A stretch of DNA of 64,000 nucleotides from an uncultured Nitrososphaerota archaeon (GCA_963799845.1 CAWCYI010000006.1:352001-416000), one strand, 5' to 3'. Shown: positions 50,428 through 61,352, counted from the stretch's first letter. The notes: generated by a model from the sequence alone, not told the origin. Numbers and translations are program-made.

Positions 50428-51372
50428 CGCGAAAGAATCTGTGCGCTGACAATTCCAGCAACTATCATGGCCATCCCAACTAAGTCAAAACCGTTTACTA
50501 TTTCTCCAAGAATCGCGTAGGATAGCACAACCGAAACCGCCGGGAACAAGAGCTGGTTGATTGAAGCTCCGATTATTCCGATGAGCTTCATACCTTTGTT
50601 GAACACGAGGAATGCTATCCCTGAAGCGGTGATCCCAAGATAGAGCATGTAAGAAATTCCAGTAGGAGATGAATTTGCGAAATCTCTCCCGCCGGAAGTT
50701 ATCAGCATCAATAGAATCGTTAGAGGGACTGCAAAGAGAAATGTATTGAAGGTTACGTACTCGGGACTAGCTAGAGATCCAGATTTTCTTTTTCTTCCAA
50801 CGAGGTATCTGGTAGTTACAATATATCCCGCCCAGGAAAATGCTGAAACGACCGCGATAAGTGAACCCAAATAGGGCGAACTACCCGCAAAGCTGGCTCT
50901 TTCTCCGAGAGCAACTATGACGAAAGTTCCAGCGATACCCAATAAAATTCCTACTGCTGAGAATATCTTCATCTTCTCATGAAGGACAATCGTCGCCAAG
51001 ACGATCGCAATCAGCGGATACAGAGCAGTCAGAAACGAAGTCGTGTCAGATTCCAGATATAGGACTGCGGAATTGAGCAGAGTCCAGAATCCGGACGCTC
51101 CAATAACAGAGGCCAATAATAGGTACGGCAGTATCTTCCTTTCTCGCTCGGATCTCCTTTTTCGTAAGGACCACATAAAGCAGGAGAACCATCGTTGCGA
51201 GAAGTGCCCTGTAAACGGAAATTGTGAACGAGTCGTAGTAGTGAAGAGAAAGCTGGATGATAGGATATGCACTCCCCCAGAGAATTGATGAAGACAGTGT
51301 GAGAATAATTCCCAAGGCGTACCCTTTAGGGCGTTTCGCAATGCTCTTTTGAGATGAATCAGAAGCGCTCAT
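50424..51372 (-). CDS. DMT/EamA transporter (frameshift near 51150)
   Basis: ILWGSAYP and R.LLA in ORF 51046-51372; second EamA repeat in ORF 50424-51341. Confidence 0.85.
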
Positions 51373-51567
51373 AACAGGTTATCCCAACATTCTTCGGACT
51401 CCTCGGCTTTCTGGAATTGGACTATTATTTGCTTCTGATGACCCGAAATTATTTTACGGATTTGTTCGCCTTTTCGTCAGAATTAAGATTTTCATGCATG
51501 GCTCACCATGATATGAACCGTCATATTTTACTATGAGAATGATAGGATTGATTGGGAAGGGACCCAC

Positions 51568-52573
51568 TTGCAGTCGGCCGCTGATCCATCTCTCATCGAC
51601 TCTTACGGGCGAGTATTGAGAAAGCTCAGACTGTCTGTGATTGACAAGTGTAACTTTCGTTGCAATTTTTGCATGCCTGATGCGCCGGAATGGCTGCCGA
51701 ACGATGCAGTTCTGACCCCGGCCGAGATTTTTCGGGTAGTTGCGATACTTTCAAAGCTTGGAGTAGATCGTGTCAGGATCACGGGAGGCGAGCCACTCGT
51801 CAGAAAGGACATAGTCGAATTGGTCAGTACATTGTCGTCCTCCGGGAATCTCCAGAGGCTGGGAATGACAACGAATGGTTACTATCTCGCGGAAAAAGCA
51901 CGCGCGCTGAAAGCAGCCGGTCTTTACTCTATAACAATAAGCCTGCACAGTCTGCGCTCCAGCAGATTTTTTGGCGTGACAAAACGGGACGCCCATGCGA
52001 AAGTCGTCGAAGGAATTAGAGCTGCTAAGAACGCGGGATTCGAACGGGTGAAGATCAACACGGTAGTAATTAGAGATTACAACGACGACGAGATATTGGA
52101 TTTCGCCGAGATGGCCTGGAAGGAGGGCTTTAATGTTAGATTCATAGAGTACATGCCTTTTGACGGAAAAAAGATGTGGGAGGAGAAAAAGGTGGTGACA
52201 GGAGAGGAGATTTTGTCTAAGATTAGATCCAGGTTTGAGATTGTACCGCTAGAAAGGGAAGCCGGCAGCACTTCGATTAATTACAGATTTGTTGATGGCG
52301 GCGGAGAGTTTGGAATAATCACTTCAATTTCGAAACCATTCTGCGGTGACTGCGATCGGATCAGAATGACCGCAGATGGAAAGCTCGTCCCATGCTTATT
52401 CAGTAATCAAGAGTTTGATGTCAGCTGCACTCCTGAGAGGTGGCGCTACCAATGAGGAAATCTCCGAATTTTTCAAGCGGTCGCTGAAACTAAAATCTCC
52501 CGGAGTTGAGCAGTTGATAAATCAAAACCAGTCGCTTCATCATGTTCGACCGATGTACGTGACCGGCGGCTAG
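51568..52573 (+). CDS. moaA: GTP 3',8-cyclase (frameshift near 52420)
   Basis: CNFRCNFC, TGGEPL, RFIEYMP, CGDCDRIR...C, C-terminal MYVTGG in the shifted frame. Confidence 0.93.
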
Positions 52574-52620
52574 TCGACTGCTGAACTATTTTTCATGTTG
52601 TCAAAAGCTGGTTTGAATTA

Positions 52621-53220
52621 TTGGCAAGAAATTTGATAGCATGCATCGTTTTAGCGGCAGGTTCTGCAGTCCGCTTTGGAGGACCGAAGCAGCTTGCTGA
52701 ATTCCGCGGACAACCACTCGTAAAAAGTGCGGTAGAGACAGCAAACGAATCTTCCGCAGAATATGTGTTGCTGGTGGTTGGGAACCATTCCTCAGAGATC
52801 CTAGAAAGAGTCCAACTTGGTAGAGCTCAGTTGGTCTATAACAGGGATTTCGAGACGGGAATCTCAAGCTCGATAAAATGTGGAATCTCGAATTTGCCTG
52901 ACGACTGCTCCGGCGCAATTATCATGGTAGCTGACCAGCCCTTCCTCGAATCAAAACACCTCGACCTCATGATTATCGAATTCAGGAAAGATCCGACAAG
53001 AGTTGTTGTTTTATCATTCAAAGGTGAACTCAGAAATCCAGTTCTCATCCCGAAGGCGATGTTTTCTGACCTCCAAAAGCTAACCGGTGACATGGGAGCC
53101 AAGGATCTGGTAAAAAAAAGTCCGAATATCAGCAGATTGGAGATCACAGATTCCCGGGTCTTTTTCGACGTGGATACGAAAGATTCATTGCTTGAACTGC
53201 AAACCGAAAGCGAAAACTAA
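52621..53220 (+). CDS. mocA: Moco nucleotidyltransferase, MocA-like
   Basis: LAAG.A.RFG.PKQL, GISSSI, DQP, NPV, GDMGA, DVDT. Confidence 0.8.
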   Translation: MARNLIACIVLAAGSAVRFGGPKQLAEFRGQPLVKSAVETANESSAEYVLLVVGNHSSEILERVQLGRAQLVYNRDFETGISSSIKCGISNLPDDCSGAIIMVADQPFLESKHLDLMIIEFRKDPTRVVVLSFKGELRNPVLIPKAMFSDLQKLTGDMGAKDLVKKSPNISRLEITDSRVFFDVDTKDSLLELQTESEN

Positions 53221-53246
53221 CCTATTTTTAGCACGGTTGTTCAACA

Positions 53247-54243
53247 TTGGCAAGAAGAAAGGCAGTCGCAGTCTCCCACAGGAAAGACGCCGACGGGATT
53301 TGTAGCGGCACTTTGATCAGTTACATGACTGGAGCGAAAATCTACCTCACTGATTACGGAGACATGGTAGAGACCCTGTCGGGTGTAGAGGAGGCAGACG
53401 AGTATTATATTTCGGATCTTGGTTTGAACAAAAATACCTTCGATGGATTTCTCGACCAAATAAAACGGCTCTTGACGTTTGCCAAGGTGTACTACATCGA
53501 CCACCATCCCATAAGCAAGGAATTTGAGTCAAAACTTTACTCCGCTGGGCTTGATATCACACACTCAGTTGAAGAATGTGCATCAGTCCTAGTTTACCGG
53601 AGGTACGAGGACAGATTCAGAGATTCGCCGCAGATGAAAATCGCGGCTTGCTCAGGAGCGATTACCGATTACATGGACCTGCAGCCCTATGCGAAGAAGT
53701 TGATAACATCTTTCGACAGGCAGTTCCTCCTATACGAGGCAACCGTCCTTTCTTTCACCATCGCCACGATCGGCAGGGGATCTGAGGAGAGTAATAATCT
53801 GCTGGTGAAACTCGCAGAAGAACTGGCTTCGGGCAAGCTTCCACACGAAATCGAGGGCGCCTCCGAATATGCCCAGTTACATGCAGCGAGGTCCGCTGAA
53901 TTGATCTCAATTGCTAAGAGAAACGGCAGGAAGGTGCATGAAAATTTTGCTTACATCGTCACGAAGGAATCCTCGACCGGCAACGTTGCAAACTTTCTGG
54001 TCGGGGCGTTCGATGTTCCAGTAGGGGTCGCAATAAGAGAAGAGGAACCTGGTTTTTACGAGATTTCGCTTCGCTCGACAGAACAGTCAAAGCACGATCT
54101 TGGGAAGATAATGGGACGGATAACGACGACTCTTGGCACATCGGGCGGAGGTCATCCGCATGCTAGCGGAGCTGAGGATTAGGCGAGACCAGCTCGACGA
54201 ATTCCTGAATTTGCTCGACGAAGAACTGTCGAGGCCCGCGTAA
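53247..54243 (+). CDS. DHH/DHHA1-family phosphoesterase (frameshift near 54172)
   Basis: DADG, SDLG, IDHH, SLRS, GGGHPHASGA; C-terminal helix RIRRDQLDEFLNLLDEEL in the shifted frame. Confidence 0.85.
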
Positions 54244-54262
54244 ATCTGCTAGAAGAAAATCA

Positions 54263-54892
54263 ATGCAATCTAACAACCAGAAAAAAATTCTCGCACAAGT
54301 CTCGGGCTTTGCAATCGTCTCGCTGACGATGATCGAGATGTTCACAGTGCCAAAATCGTACTTTGTATTCGGAAGCGTAGTCTCGACGGTCGCGATGGCC
54401 TGCGTTGCCTACCTTCTTTCGGACCAGAGCGGCGAAAAGTTTCGGCCTGGTACTTGGCGGGTCGCTCTGGGAATTGCGCTTGCTTTTATCCTGTACGCAA
54501 TTTTCCTCGGGGGAAATCTTGCGGTCAAGAACCTGAACCTCTTTGGAGTCTCTGGTTCGAACGAGCAGAGCATCTACGGGCTGTTTTCGGGTACTCCGAC
54601 TCCTCTCTTAGTGGTAGTATTCGCGCTGGACGCGATCGGTTTTGAATCATTCTTCCGCGGAAACCTGCAGACGATATTTTCGAAGAGAATCGGCATCGGG
54701 GCAGTTTTTCTCGTTGCGGTAATTGACGCCGTCATCCATCTGTCCACGATGAATCCGCTCTTCCCGGCGACGGTAATTGTTGCAGATTCAGTCTGGGGGC
54801 TCAACTATTACATTACAAAAGATCTTTACTCCAACATCGCGAGCCACTTTCTTTGGGATCTGATGGTTTTCGTTTTGCTTCCAATTCACTAG
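54263..54892 (+). CDS. CPBP/Abi-family intramembrane glutamic protease
   Basis: FESFFRG, H, ASH..WD; multiple TM helices. Confidence 0.75.
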   Translation: MQSNNQKKILAQVSGFAIVSLTMIEMFTVPKSYFVFGSVVSTVAMACVAYLLSDQSGEKFRPGTWRVALGIALAFILYAIFLGGNLAVKNLNLFGVSGSNEQSIYGLFSGTPTPLLVVVFALDAIGFESFFRGNLQTIFSKRIGIGAVFLVAVIDAVIHLSTMNPLFPATVIVADSVWGLNYYITKDLYSNIASHFLWDLMVFVLLPIH

Positions 54893-55005
54893 TTTCCAGG
54901 CAAGGCCTAATAAGCTACCGAAGAGGACATCGGAATCGGGAAGTTTCTCTCCAGAATTTTTTTCTATAACCGAGACTCCTAAAAAGTCCACTTGATCGAT
55001 CTAAG

Positions 55006-55425
55006 ATGCAGAAAGATAGCGGAATCGTCGCACAGGACTATGGCACGAACTGCAAAGATTGCGAACGTTACCGAAAGCTTGGAGACGTGTGCGTCGTAGA
55101 ACACGGCAAGAAGTTCCTCTGGGAATATTGTAGGGATTTTGAACCGCAAGTTGTCCTGCCGGATTACAGGGAGTTGATGCGCTCCGTCCGCGTAGACCAG
55201 GCGCTTGAGCGGAAAAAAGAGAAAGAAAAAAAGGAACGAGAACGTAAAAAGAAACTGAAAGAGCGGGCTGAGAAAGAAGAGGAGAGGAAGAAAAAACATA
55301 AAGCGAGGTTGAGAAAGCGTCGAGAGACGCTCAAGAAAAAGCTGACTGAAGGAAAAAGAAAAGAGCGCAAAAACCAAGCCCCTGGCAGAGTCAAAAAAAG
55401 TCCCCACTGTCGATACAGCCCATGA
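55006..55425 (+). CDS. Hypothetical protein with Cys-rich N-terminus and K/R/E-rich coiled tail
   Basis: CKDC..Y...C...WEYC.DF, then a charged low-complexity helix; end uncertain because of poly-A runs. Confidence 0.65.
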   Translation: MQKDSGIVAQDYGTNCKDCERYRKLGDVCVVEHGKKFLWEYCRDFEPQVVLPDYRELMRSVRVDQALERKKEKEKKERERKKKLKERAEKEEERKKKHKARLRKRRETLKKKLTEGKRKERKNQAPGRVKKSPHCRYSP

Positions 55426-55627
55426 AAGCTCAAAACCTTCAAGGAAAAAGAAATCGGGAAAAAATTTGGAGATTTCCTCAGACGACGAAGAGTCTTCGAT
55501 GCCGAAACCACCTGAATAAATCCTTGGGCAAAATGGTCTGCCGGAAAAGTTAGTGATTAGGGCTAGCTAAACTTAAAGGATGACAAAAGAGACTTTTATG
55601 TTCGCTTACTAACAGGATGTTTTTGAA

Positions 55628-55870
55628 TTGCCTAAGGAATTGAGAAATGCTGAACAGTTCCAGAAATTGATGCCGAGGGCTGTAGAGCTGAGAGTTGTGA
55701 GAGAAAAAGAGTCTGTGAAACTGAAACTCCGAACGCCGGATGTTCTCTACACCTTCCGGACTAATGGAGAAGAAGCTGAAGATCTTATCAAAAGTGCGAA
55801 AGAGATCGAAGTAATCGAATATTCTCCTGCAACGGAAAAATCCGAGAAAACTGATGGGAAGAAGAAGTAA
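55628..55870 (+). CDS. rpl38e: Ribosomal protein eL38-like
   Basis: MPKE......F...A...RV.R....VKLKLRT...LYT......EAE.L resembles the L38e pattern. Confidence 0.7.
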   Translation: MPKELRNAEQFQKLMPRAVELRVVREKESVKLKLRTPDVLYTFRTNGEEAEDLIKSAKEIEVIEYSPATEKSEKTDGKKK

Positions 55871-55878
55871 TTTCGAAA

Positions 55879-57138
55879 TCAGACAGTAATCTTCGTTCCA
55901 ACTTCTGGAGCGGAGGTTTCAAATCCGTATCTTTCCGTTATTTCTTTGGCGAATACGTCGCATGAATTTCCATCGCCGTGCGTTGCATACACCTTCGGTT
56001 TCCCCTTCAACTTAGAGAGCATTTCAAACAACTCTGATCTTCCAGAATGCCCAGAAAAGTCAAAACGCCTCACTTCGGCCTTGACCGGCACGAGCTTTCC
56101 ACTCATCAACGTCATCCCTCGGTCGAGGAGAGTCCTCCCGGGGCTGCCCGGAATCTGGAAAGCTACTATAGAAATCCCGTTCCGCTGATCCTGTGACAGC
56201 GCTTGGTTATAGAAAACTGATGCACCGCCCATCAACATACCGGCCGGAGAGATTATCACCGATGGGGTCCTGACGAGTTTCTTGCGCTCGCTCCATCCAG
56301 AAACTACGTGGAGGTTTTCCATAGTTTTTCTGAAGAGCTCCGGATCCCGCAAAAATTCCTGGTACCGGAAGAGGATCTCATTTGTCTTGAGGGCCATCCC
56401 GTCCATTGCAACCGTATGTTTAAAATTCTTCGTCCTAAGCAAGCAGGCAATCTCCTGCGCGCGTCCCACCGAAAATGCCGGAACGAGCAAGACTCCACCG
56501 CGCTCAACGACTTCGTTAGCAAAGGTCACAAAATCTTTCTCGATCTTGTCCCTGGGTTCGTGGTCAACCAAGGCGTAAGTACTCTCGGTTATCACGGCGT
56601 CGAGCTCGCCAAAATTCGTGTCCAGTCCAGAAATTAGCTGGCTATCCCGAAGGTTAACGTCGCTCGTGTAGAGCAGCTTTCGCCCGTCATTTTCGAGTAT
56701 TATGGTAGTCCCGCCGGGGATATGGCCTGAGCTTGGAAACCTTGCTCTAAATTCTTCGGCGACCTCCCTCTCTTCTCCGATCGCGACGCGTTCCGTATTC
56801 TTCGACATTGTCAGAAGGTCGAGATATTCGAACGGAAGGTAAAATCCTGAAAGCTTGATGAAGTCTTCGAGGAGAAGAGTTGTAAGTTCAAGCGATAGAC
56901 CCGTTGTTACGAGCTTGACTCCATCTCGCAGAAAAAATAAGGGGACTCCCCCCGAGTGATCAAGATGTGCGTGTGAAAGAAGAACGGAGTGAACTTCCCT
57001 GGGCTTTACGTGCATTGGAAACGAGGGCTCTTTGCCGGTGTTTGCCCCGTAATCCATCAAAACCTGATTTTTCTTGCCCTTTACAAGGACCGCCGATTTG
57101 CCGACTTCCTTCGCTCCGCCTAGAAATGTAACTTCCAA
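55879..57138 (-). CDS. Beta-CASP metallo-beta-lactamase ribonuclease (aCPSF2-like, no KH domain)
   Basis: GGAKEVGKS, HAHLDHSG, GHIPG, ESTY, FSVGRAQE, FSGHS, THGD. Confidence 0.9.
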   Translation of the reverse strand: MEVTFLGGAKEVGKSAVLVKGKKNQVLMDYGANTGKEPSFPMHVKPREVHSVLLSHAHLDHSGGVPLFFLRDGVKLVTTGLSLELTTLLLEDFIKLSGFYLPFEYLDLLTMSKNTERVAIGEEREVAEEFRARFPSSGHIPGGTTIILENDGRKLLYTSDVNLRDSQLISGLDTNFGELDAVITESTYALVDHEPRDKIEKDFVTFANEVVERGGVLLVPAFSVGRAQEIACLLRTKNFKHTVAMDGMALKTNEILFRYQEFLRDPELFRKTMENLHVVSGWSERKKLVRTPSVIISPAGMLMGGASVFYNQALSQDQRNGISIVAFQIPGSPGRTLLDRGMTLMSGKLVPVKAEVRRFDFSGHSGRSELFEMLSKLKGKPKVYATHGDGNSCDVFAKEITERYGFETSAPEVGTKITV

Positions 57139-57320
57139 AATTAACTGAATACCTGGTTTAATGCAACAGTTTTTTTTCGAGCCAAGACAAAATCAGGGCC
57201 CGGAGAAACGATATCTCTTATGAAGATCAATTTCCCAACATAACCTTAAATTCATTGCTGTAGATTTTTGCGTTTACGACCTCGTTTTCGCGAATTATTC
57301 TTTGATGGTTTCGAGAAGAA

Positions 57321-58019
57321 ATGACGTTTCAGGTTATTCCAAAGACCGCAAAGTTCGAAGACACTGTTTTGGTCTCCGGTTTTCACGGAATCGGCTATGC
57401 CGGCTACTGGACGATCAAGTATCTCATCCAGAAACTGGAAGCGAAGCGGATCGCCTTCGTAGATTCGGAGTCCGTTTCTCCCGTTTCCTCGACCCTCCAG
57501 GGAAAACTGGTCACTCCATACGAGTTTTTCCAGACTAAAGATCTGACGATCTTCAAGGTCGAAGTCCCGCCCTACAGGGGCGCCGAGATTGAGTTTTTCC
57601 GCAACTTTTCAGAGTGGGTAACGAACTCGAAATTCAGGGAGGTTGCCCTGATCGGTGGACTTGACGCCAGTCTGCGGACTGACGATTCCTCCTTCCGGAT
57701 AGTGCACACCAGCGTCTACGAACCCAGCGGATACCTGAAAAGTGCGAAGATATTGGAGGACGAGCAGATCATCGTCGGACCCGTTGCGATAATGATGAAC
57801 TACTTTGAAGCTCATGATTTTCCCGCCTACGCGATTCTCGCTTATTCCAGCACCGAGAGGATTGACCCGCGCGCAGCGGTTTCGTCGATCGAGATACTCT
57901 CCAAGACTTACGGATTTTCAGTGGACGTTGAACCCCTGCTAAAGGGTGCGGAAGCAGTCGAGACCGAGATCACCAAGCAGGACAAGAAGCTGAACAAGTC
58001 GGAATCGATCTATACCTGA
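57321..58019 (+). CDS. PAC2-family proteasome assembly chaperone
   Basis: GFHGIGYAG, LIGGL, IVGP, DPRAA, VDVEPL. Confidence 0.85.
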   Translation: MTFQVIPKTAKFEDTVLVSGFHGIGYAGYWTIKYLIQKLEAKRIAFVDSESVSPVSSTLQGKLVTPYEFFQTKDLTIFKVEVPPYRGAEIEFFRNFSEWVTNSKFREVALIGGLDASLRTDDSSFRIVHTSVYEPSGYLKSAKILEDEQIIVGPVAIMMNYFEAHDFPAYAILAYSSTERIDPRAAVSSIEILSKTYGFSVDVEPLLKGAEAVETEITKQDKKLNKSESIYT

Positions 58020-58097
58020 GTCAGTTTTTTCTCGATAAGATGTCGAGGATAACAAGCATTAGTTCCGCTGTTTCTACTTTGTTGTGCCATGTTCCCT

Positions 58098-59660
58098 TTA
58101 CCAATAATCTTGCAGTTTTACCTTGAACGATTTGTAGTTCTTCGAAATTTCGATTACTGTTTTCTTCTTCCTCTTTGAATAAGCTGCGAACTCTTCCTTC
58201 AGCCATCCAGCGACAGGATCGTTCGATTTGATCATGACATCAATTTTTTTCCAGGGTAGGGCGTTCAGAATTCGATCCCTCGCTGGGAACGATGTCAGGT
58301 GGTGCGTGACCTGCGAAATCGGGAAGATGTCGGATATTTCCGCGGGGACTAGACCGAATACAGGTGAAGCATAACAGATCAGAGTATTTTCAAGGTCTAC
58401 GAGATCGAGAATTTCTTTGAACAGATCAGAGTTGAGAAATGGTTTTGTTTTTGTCTCCGGAGTGATTATTAGATGTTCCTTTCCAGAGAGATCAATGTCT
58501 GACAGTCTCTTCCTGTGCCTAGCTACTTCAGGCCTCAGGAGGTCGATCTCGTCAAAGAGAAAGATGCCTCTCTCCTTGAAGCGGGGTGTCCCGATTTCCA
58601 CCTCGGGCATTTCTGACCGGGCCGCGGCGTGAAAAGCTTCTAGCGCCGAGGGATGATTCGAGCACTTTGCCCTAACATATTCCCACAATCTCTCCTCCCA
58701 GATCGCCTGCTTTGTCTCTTCGATGACAAGCTTCAACGCCGATAGATTGTGACGCGCGAGAGCGGGAACTCGCTCCTCCTTCTTCATCATTTTAAGCTCC
58801 TGCGCGTTCAGCGAGGAACAAGTCTTGCAACTACACGGGAGGTACTCCAGTTTTTCCAAACGGATTGTTCCGCTTGAAGAGATGTACCGGTCGTTTTTTG
58901 CGAACAACATGTAGGAAGCCGAATCGAACATATCGCAGCCCAGTGCGACCGCGAGCGGGATTATCAGCGGGTGACCGGCGCCGAATAAATGAAACGGACG
59001 ATCAGAAGGCAAAAAGGACTTGCTTGCGAGTATCATCCTGACCAGAAGGGGAAAGTCATAATTTTCCATTACTTCGACGGGGGAGCCGAGGGCATAACAT
59101 CCGTAATCGAGTTTCGCCGAAGCCTTTGCGCTCTTCGTTACTAGATCGAGATACTTCCCTCCCTGAATCGGCAGTGTCCAGATGATATCGTCCCGGGTCC
59201 TCGAACCGAGCGTTTTTCTCGCAGACTGGAGAGTATCCGAGACAGTTCTGGCAGCGAACTTCCTTGTGACTTCCAGGCCCGTGGGCTTGTCCAGGATGAT
59301 TGCAATGTCGCTCCCGATCTTTTCCTCGAAACTGGCGATCTCCAGCGGATCCACCTCCACGGAGCCAAACTCGAGAACTTGGTATCCGCCGGAATCCGTC
59401 ATCACGGTCCCGTCAAAACCTATGATATGGTGGATTCCCTCGCTTGCCCTTTCGTTTAACCGCCTGAAAGTCGTGTAGGCGTTGGTCATCACGGCTTCAT
59501 ACCCGAGCGCCCGGATCTCCGAGCATGGGACGAGTTGCCTGACGGGATGAATCACCGGAAGAAGGGCAGGCGTTTCAACCTTGGAAGACTTTGTTTCCAA
59601 GCGACCGATCCTGCCTGCAAGATCGGTCGATTTAATTTCAAATCTAGGAATGGAGTTCAA
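58098..59660 (-). CDS. tgtA: Archaeosine tRNA-guanine(15) transglycosylase (no PUA domain)
   Basis: ETPALLPV, TDSGGYQ, QGG, HLFGAGHP, DMFDSASY, CSC..C, HN. Confidence 0.95.
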   Translation of the reverse strand: MNSIPRFEIKSTDLAGRIGRLETKSSKVETPALLPVIHPVRQLVPCSEIRALGYEAVMTNAYTTFRRLNERASEGIHHIIGFDGTVMTDSGGYQVLEFGSVEVDPLEIASFEEKIGSDIAIILDKPTGLEVTRKFAARTVSDTLQSARKTLGSRTRDDIIWTLPIQGGKYLDLVTKSAKASAKLDYGCYALGSPVEVMENYDFPLLVRMILASKSFLPSDRPFHLFGAGHPLIIPLAVALGCDMFDSASYMLFAKNDRYISSSGTIRLEKLEYLPCSCKTCSSLNAQELKMMKKEERVPALARHNLSALKLVIEETKQAIWEERLWEYVRAKCSNHPSALEAFHAAARSEMPEVEIGTPRFKERGIFLFDEIDLLRPEVARHRKRLSDIDLSGKEHLIITPETKTKPFLNSDLFKEILDLVDLENTLICYASPVFGLVPAEISDIFPISQVTHHLTSFPARDRILNALPWKKIDVMIKSNDPVAGWLKEEFAAYSKRKKKTVIEISKNYKSFKVKLQDYW

Positions 59661-59714
59661 AAAATCACGGATTCAAGAAAAGATGATACTGGCGATCGCG
59701 CCAGCGTCACCATG

Positions 59715-60146
59715 TTACTGCGGCTTTTTGGCAGTTTCTCTTGAAAATTCGTCGAAGATCTGCTTGACGCGGGTAGCCGACAGCCTGTCTGATCCCTCGA
59801 CTACTCCCTTCTCGGTCACCTTAATCGAGTCCATTACCATGATGGCGCCAATGTCCTCGCGTAACTTCGTCATGCCGGGGAATGCGCGAGAAAGCCTTTC
59901 GTTCAATAGCTTCAGATCAAACGGTTTTTCAAGCAGGTCAATCTCTTTCACGAACGAACCGTTCAGTACTACTCGAATTGTGGTATCGCCCGTTCCCATG
60001 ACCGAGCCCAGAATGAGGTTCAGCTTCTCGTCAATACCAATCAGGTCGCCGTTGTACTGCTTCCCATCGCCAGTGTGAACACTGACCCGACGTCCAACCA
60101 TCCCGACGATCTCTTCAGAAAAACGCTTGTTTCCTATGTTAGACAA
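59715..60146 (-). CDS. Sm-like protein with C-terminal extension (SmAP3-type)
   Basis: G..Y.G.L.GID..LNL.L, VVLNGSFV, then C-domain FP..TKL....GAIMVMD.IKV...GV.EG. Confidence 0.85.
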   Translation of the reverse strand: MSNIGNKRFSEEIVGMVGRRVSVHTGDGKQYNGDLIGIDEKLNLILGSVMGTGDTTIRVVLNGSFVKEIDLLEKPFDLKLLNERLSRAFPGMTKLREDIGAIMVMDSIKVTEKGVVEGSDRLSATRVKQIFDEFSRETAKKPQ

Positions 60147-60432
60147 ATTCGTCAAATCTCCCCAGACAGTTCTTCCCAACGAGGGAGCGATTTCAGAAAG
60201 AATTCTCTCATTTCAAGAATATCGCGCTCATTTGTGTGATATTAAATCTTCTCGATAATTTTGAGAGATTCTGTCGGAAGCTGGCCTTCAAATGGCTGGA
60301 AAATACCCAAATCGCGAACTGTTCTCTCACAGAGATTTCGTTGGGATAGACCAATGATTCCCAGGACGAAAAGTAAGACTTTCAGCACTTGGCCTGGATT
60401 CTTATTACCTTGAGTATGACAAACAGTCTAGT

Positions 60433-60543
60433 TTGAAGTGCGAAAAATGCGGCCACGAATGGGCATACATGGGCAAGCAGAAAAGATTCGCAAAATGTCC
60501 AGAGTGCGGCAGACGGATCAAACTATCTGACCCAAGAGAATGA
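60433..60543 (+). CDS. 36-aa zinc-ribbon microprotein (start uncertain)
   Basis: (TTG)KCEKCGHEWAYMGKQKRFAKCPECGRRIKLSDPRE; two CxxC; frame open back to 60358. Confidence 0.6.
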   Translation: MKCEKCGHEWAYMGKQKRFAKCPECGRRIKLSDPRE

Positions 60544-60625
60544 AACGCACAATCATCAAAGTCATTTACTTTAAGGTTCAAGCATGTTGGAAAGTTTTTA
60601 ATCAATTTATTCACAGCAGACTTGG

Positions 60626-61267
60626 ATGTCATCGCAGTTTGCCCCGGGCGAACTCCGGTCAATTCTTCTCGCGTGGATAGTCCTCTCGATCGCGATCTCA
60701 ATCAGCGACATAGAGGGATTATTTACCGGTGCCGGTAACATCGAGAACATTGCGGCTGCTTTCATTGCAATAGGGACGGCCTTTGTGCTGCATGAAATGG
60801 GACACAAATTTGTAGCTATCCGCCTGGGGTACGTAGCGCACTTTCAGGTCTGGATCTGGGGAATCGCGCTGACGCTTCTGACAGCCGTGGCTTTCCAGGG
60901 GCGTTTCATATTTGGCGCTCCTGGGGCTGTCTACATCGCTCCCGCCGTTGGAGCCGGGTACTTGGGCTATGAGCAGAGAAGATCCAATCCAGATCGCGAC
61001 AACATGCTTATCTCGGCCGCCGGCCCGGGAACCAACCTGGCTTTTGCGATCTTCTTTCTATTCCTGCTTCTAGTTTCGCCTGAGACTGGTTTTCTCGCGA
61101 CAGTTGCTTCCTACGGTTTTAGCCTGAATGTCGGACTCGGATCCTTCAATATGCTTCCCATCCCTCCGATCGACGGGTACAAAATTTTCAAGAATAACAT
61201 CCTGGTCGCGCTCTTGATCGCGCTACCGCTGTGGGGGATGTTTCTTTTCTTCTTCTTTATAGGATGA
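60626..61267 (+). CDS. Site-2 protease (M50) family
   Basis: HEMGH, AAGPGTN, FNMLPIPPIDG. Confidence 0.92.
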   Translation: MSSQFAPGELRSILLAWIVLSIAISISDIEGLFTGAGNIENIAAAFIAIGTAFVLHEMGHKFVAIRLGYVAHFQVWIWGIALTLLTAVAFQGRFIFGAPGAVYIAPAVGAGYLGYEQRRSNPDRDNMLISAAGPGTNLAFAIFFLFLLLVSPETGFLATVASYGFSLNVGLGSFNMLPIPPIDGYKIFKNNILVALLIALPLWGMFLFFFFIG

Positions 61268-61352
61268 CGCTGTAATGAAGAATCGACAGCTGAAATAAGA
61301 AAGTGAGTACGGATTGGAAGCTCGATCCGCAGCGGCGAAGAAATTTCTGGAA

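Noticed and set aside
2225-54243. Frameshifts in ftsY, spt5, MFS, cyclase, GT28, epimerase, DMT, moaA and DHH read as programmed frameshifting or pseudogenisation
   Set aside because: They hit essential genes, are scattered single-base indels and share no slippery motif; most consistent with long-read consensus errors (check by read mapping)
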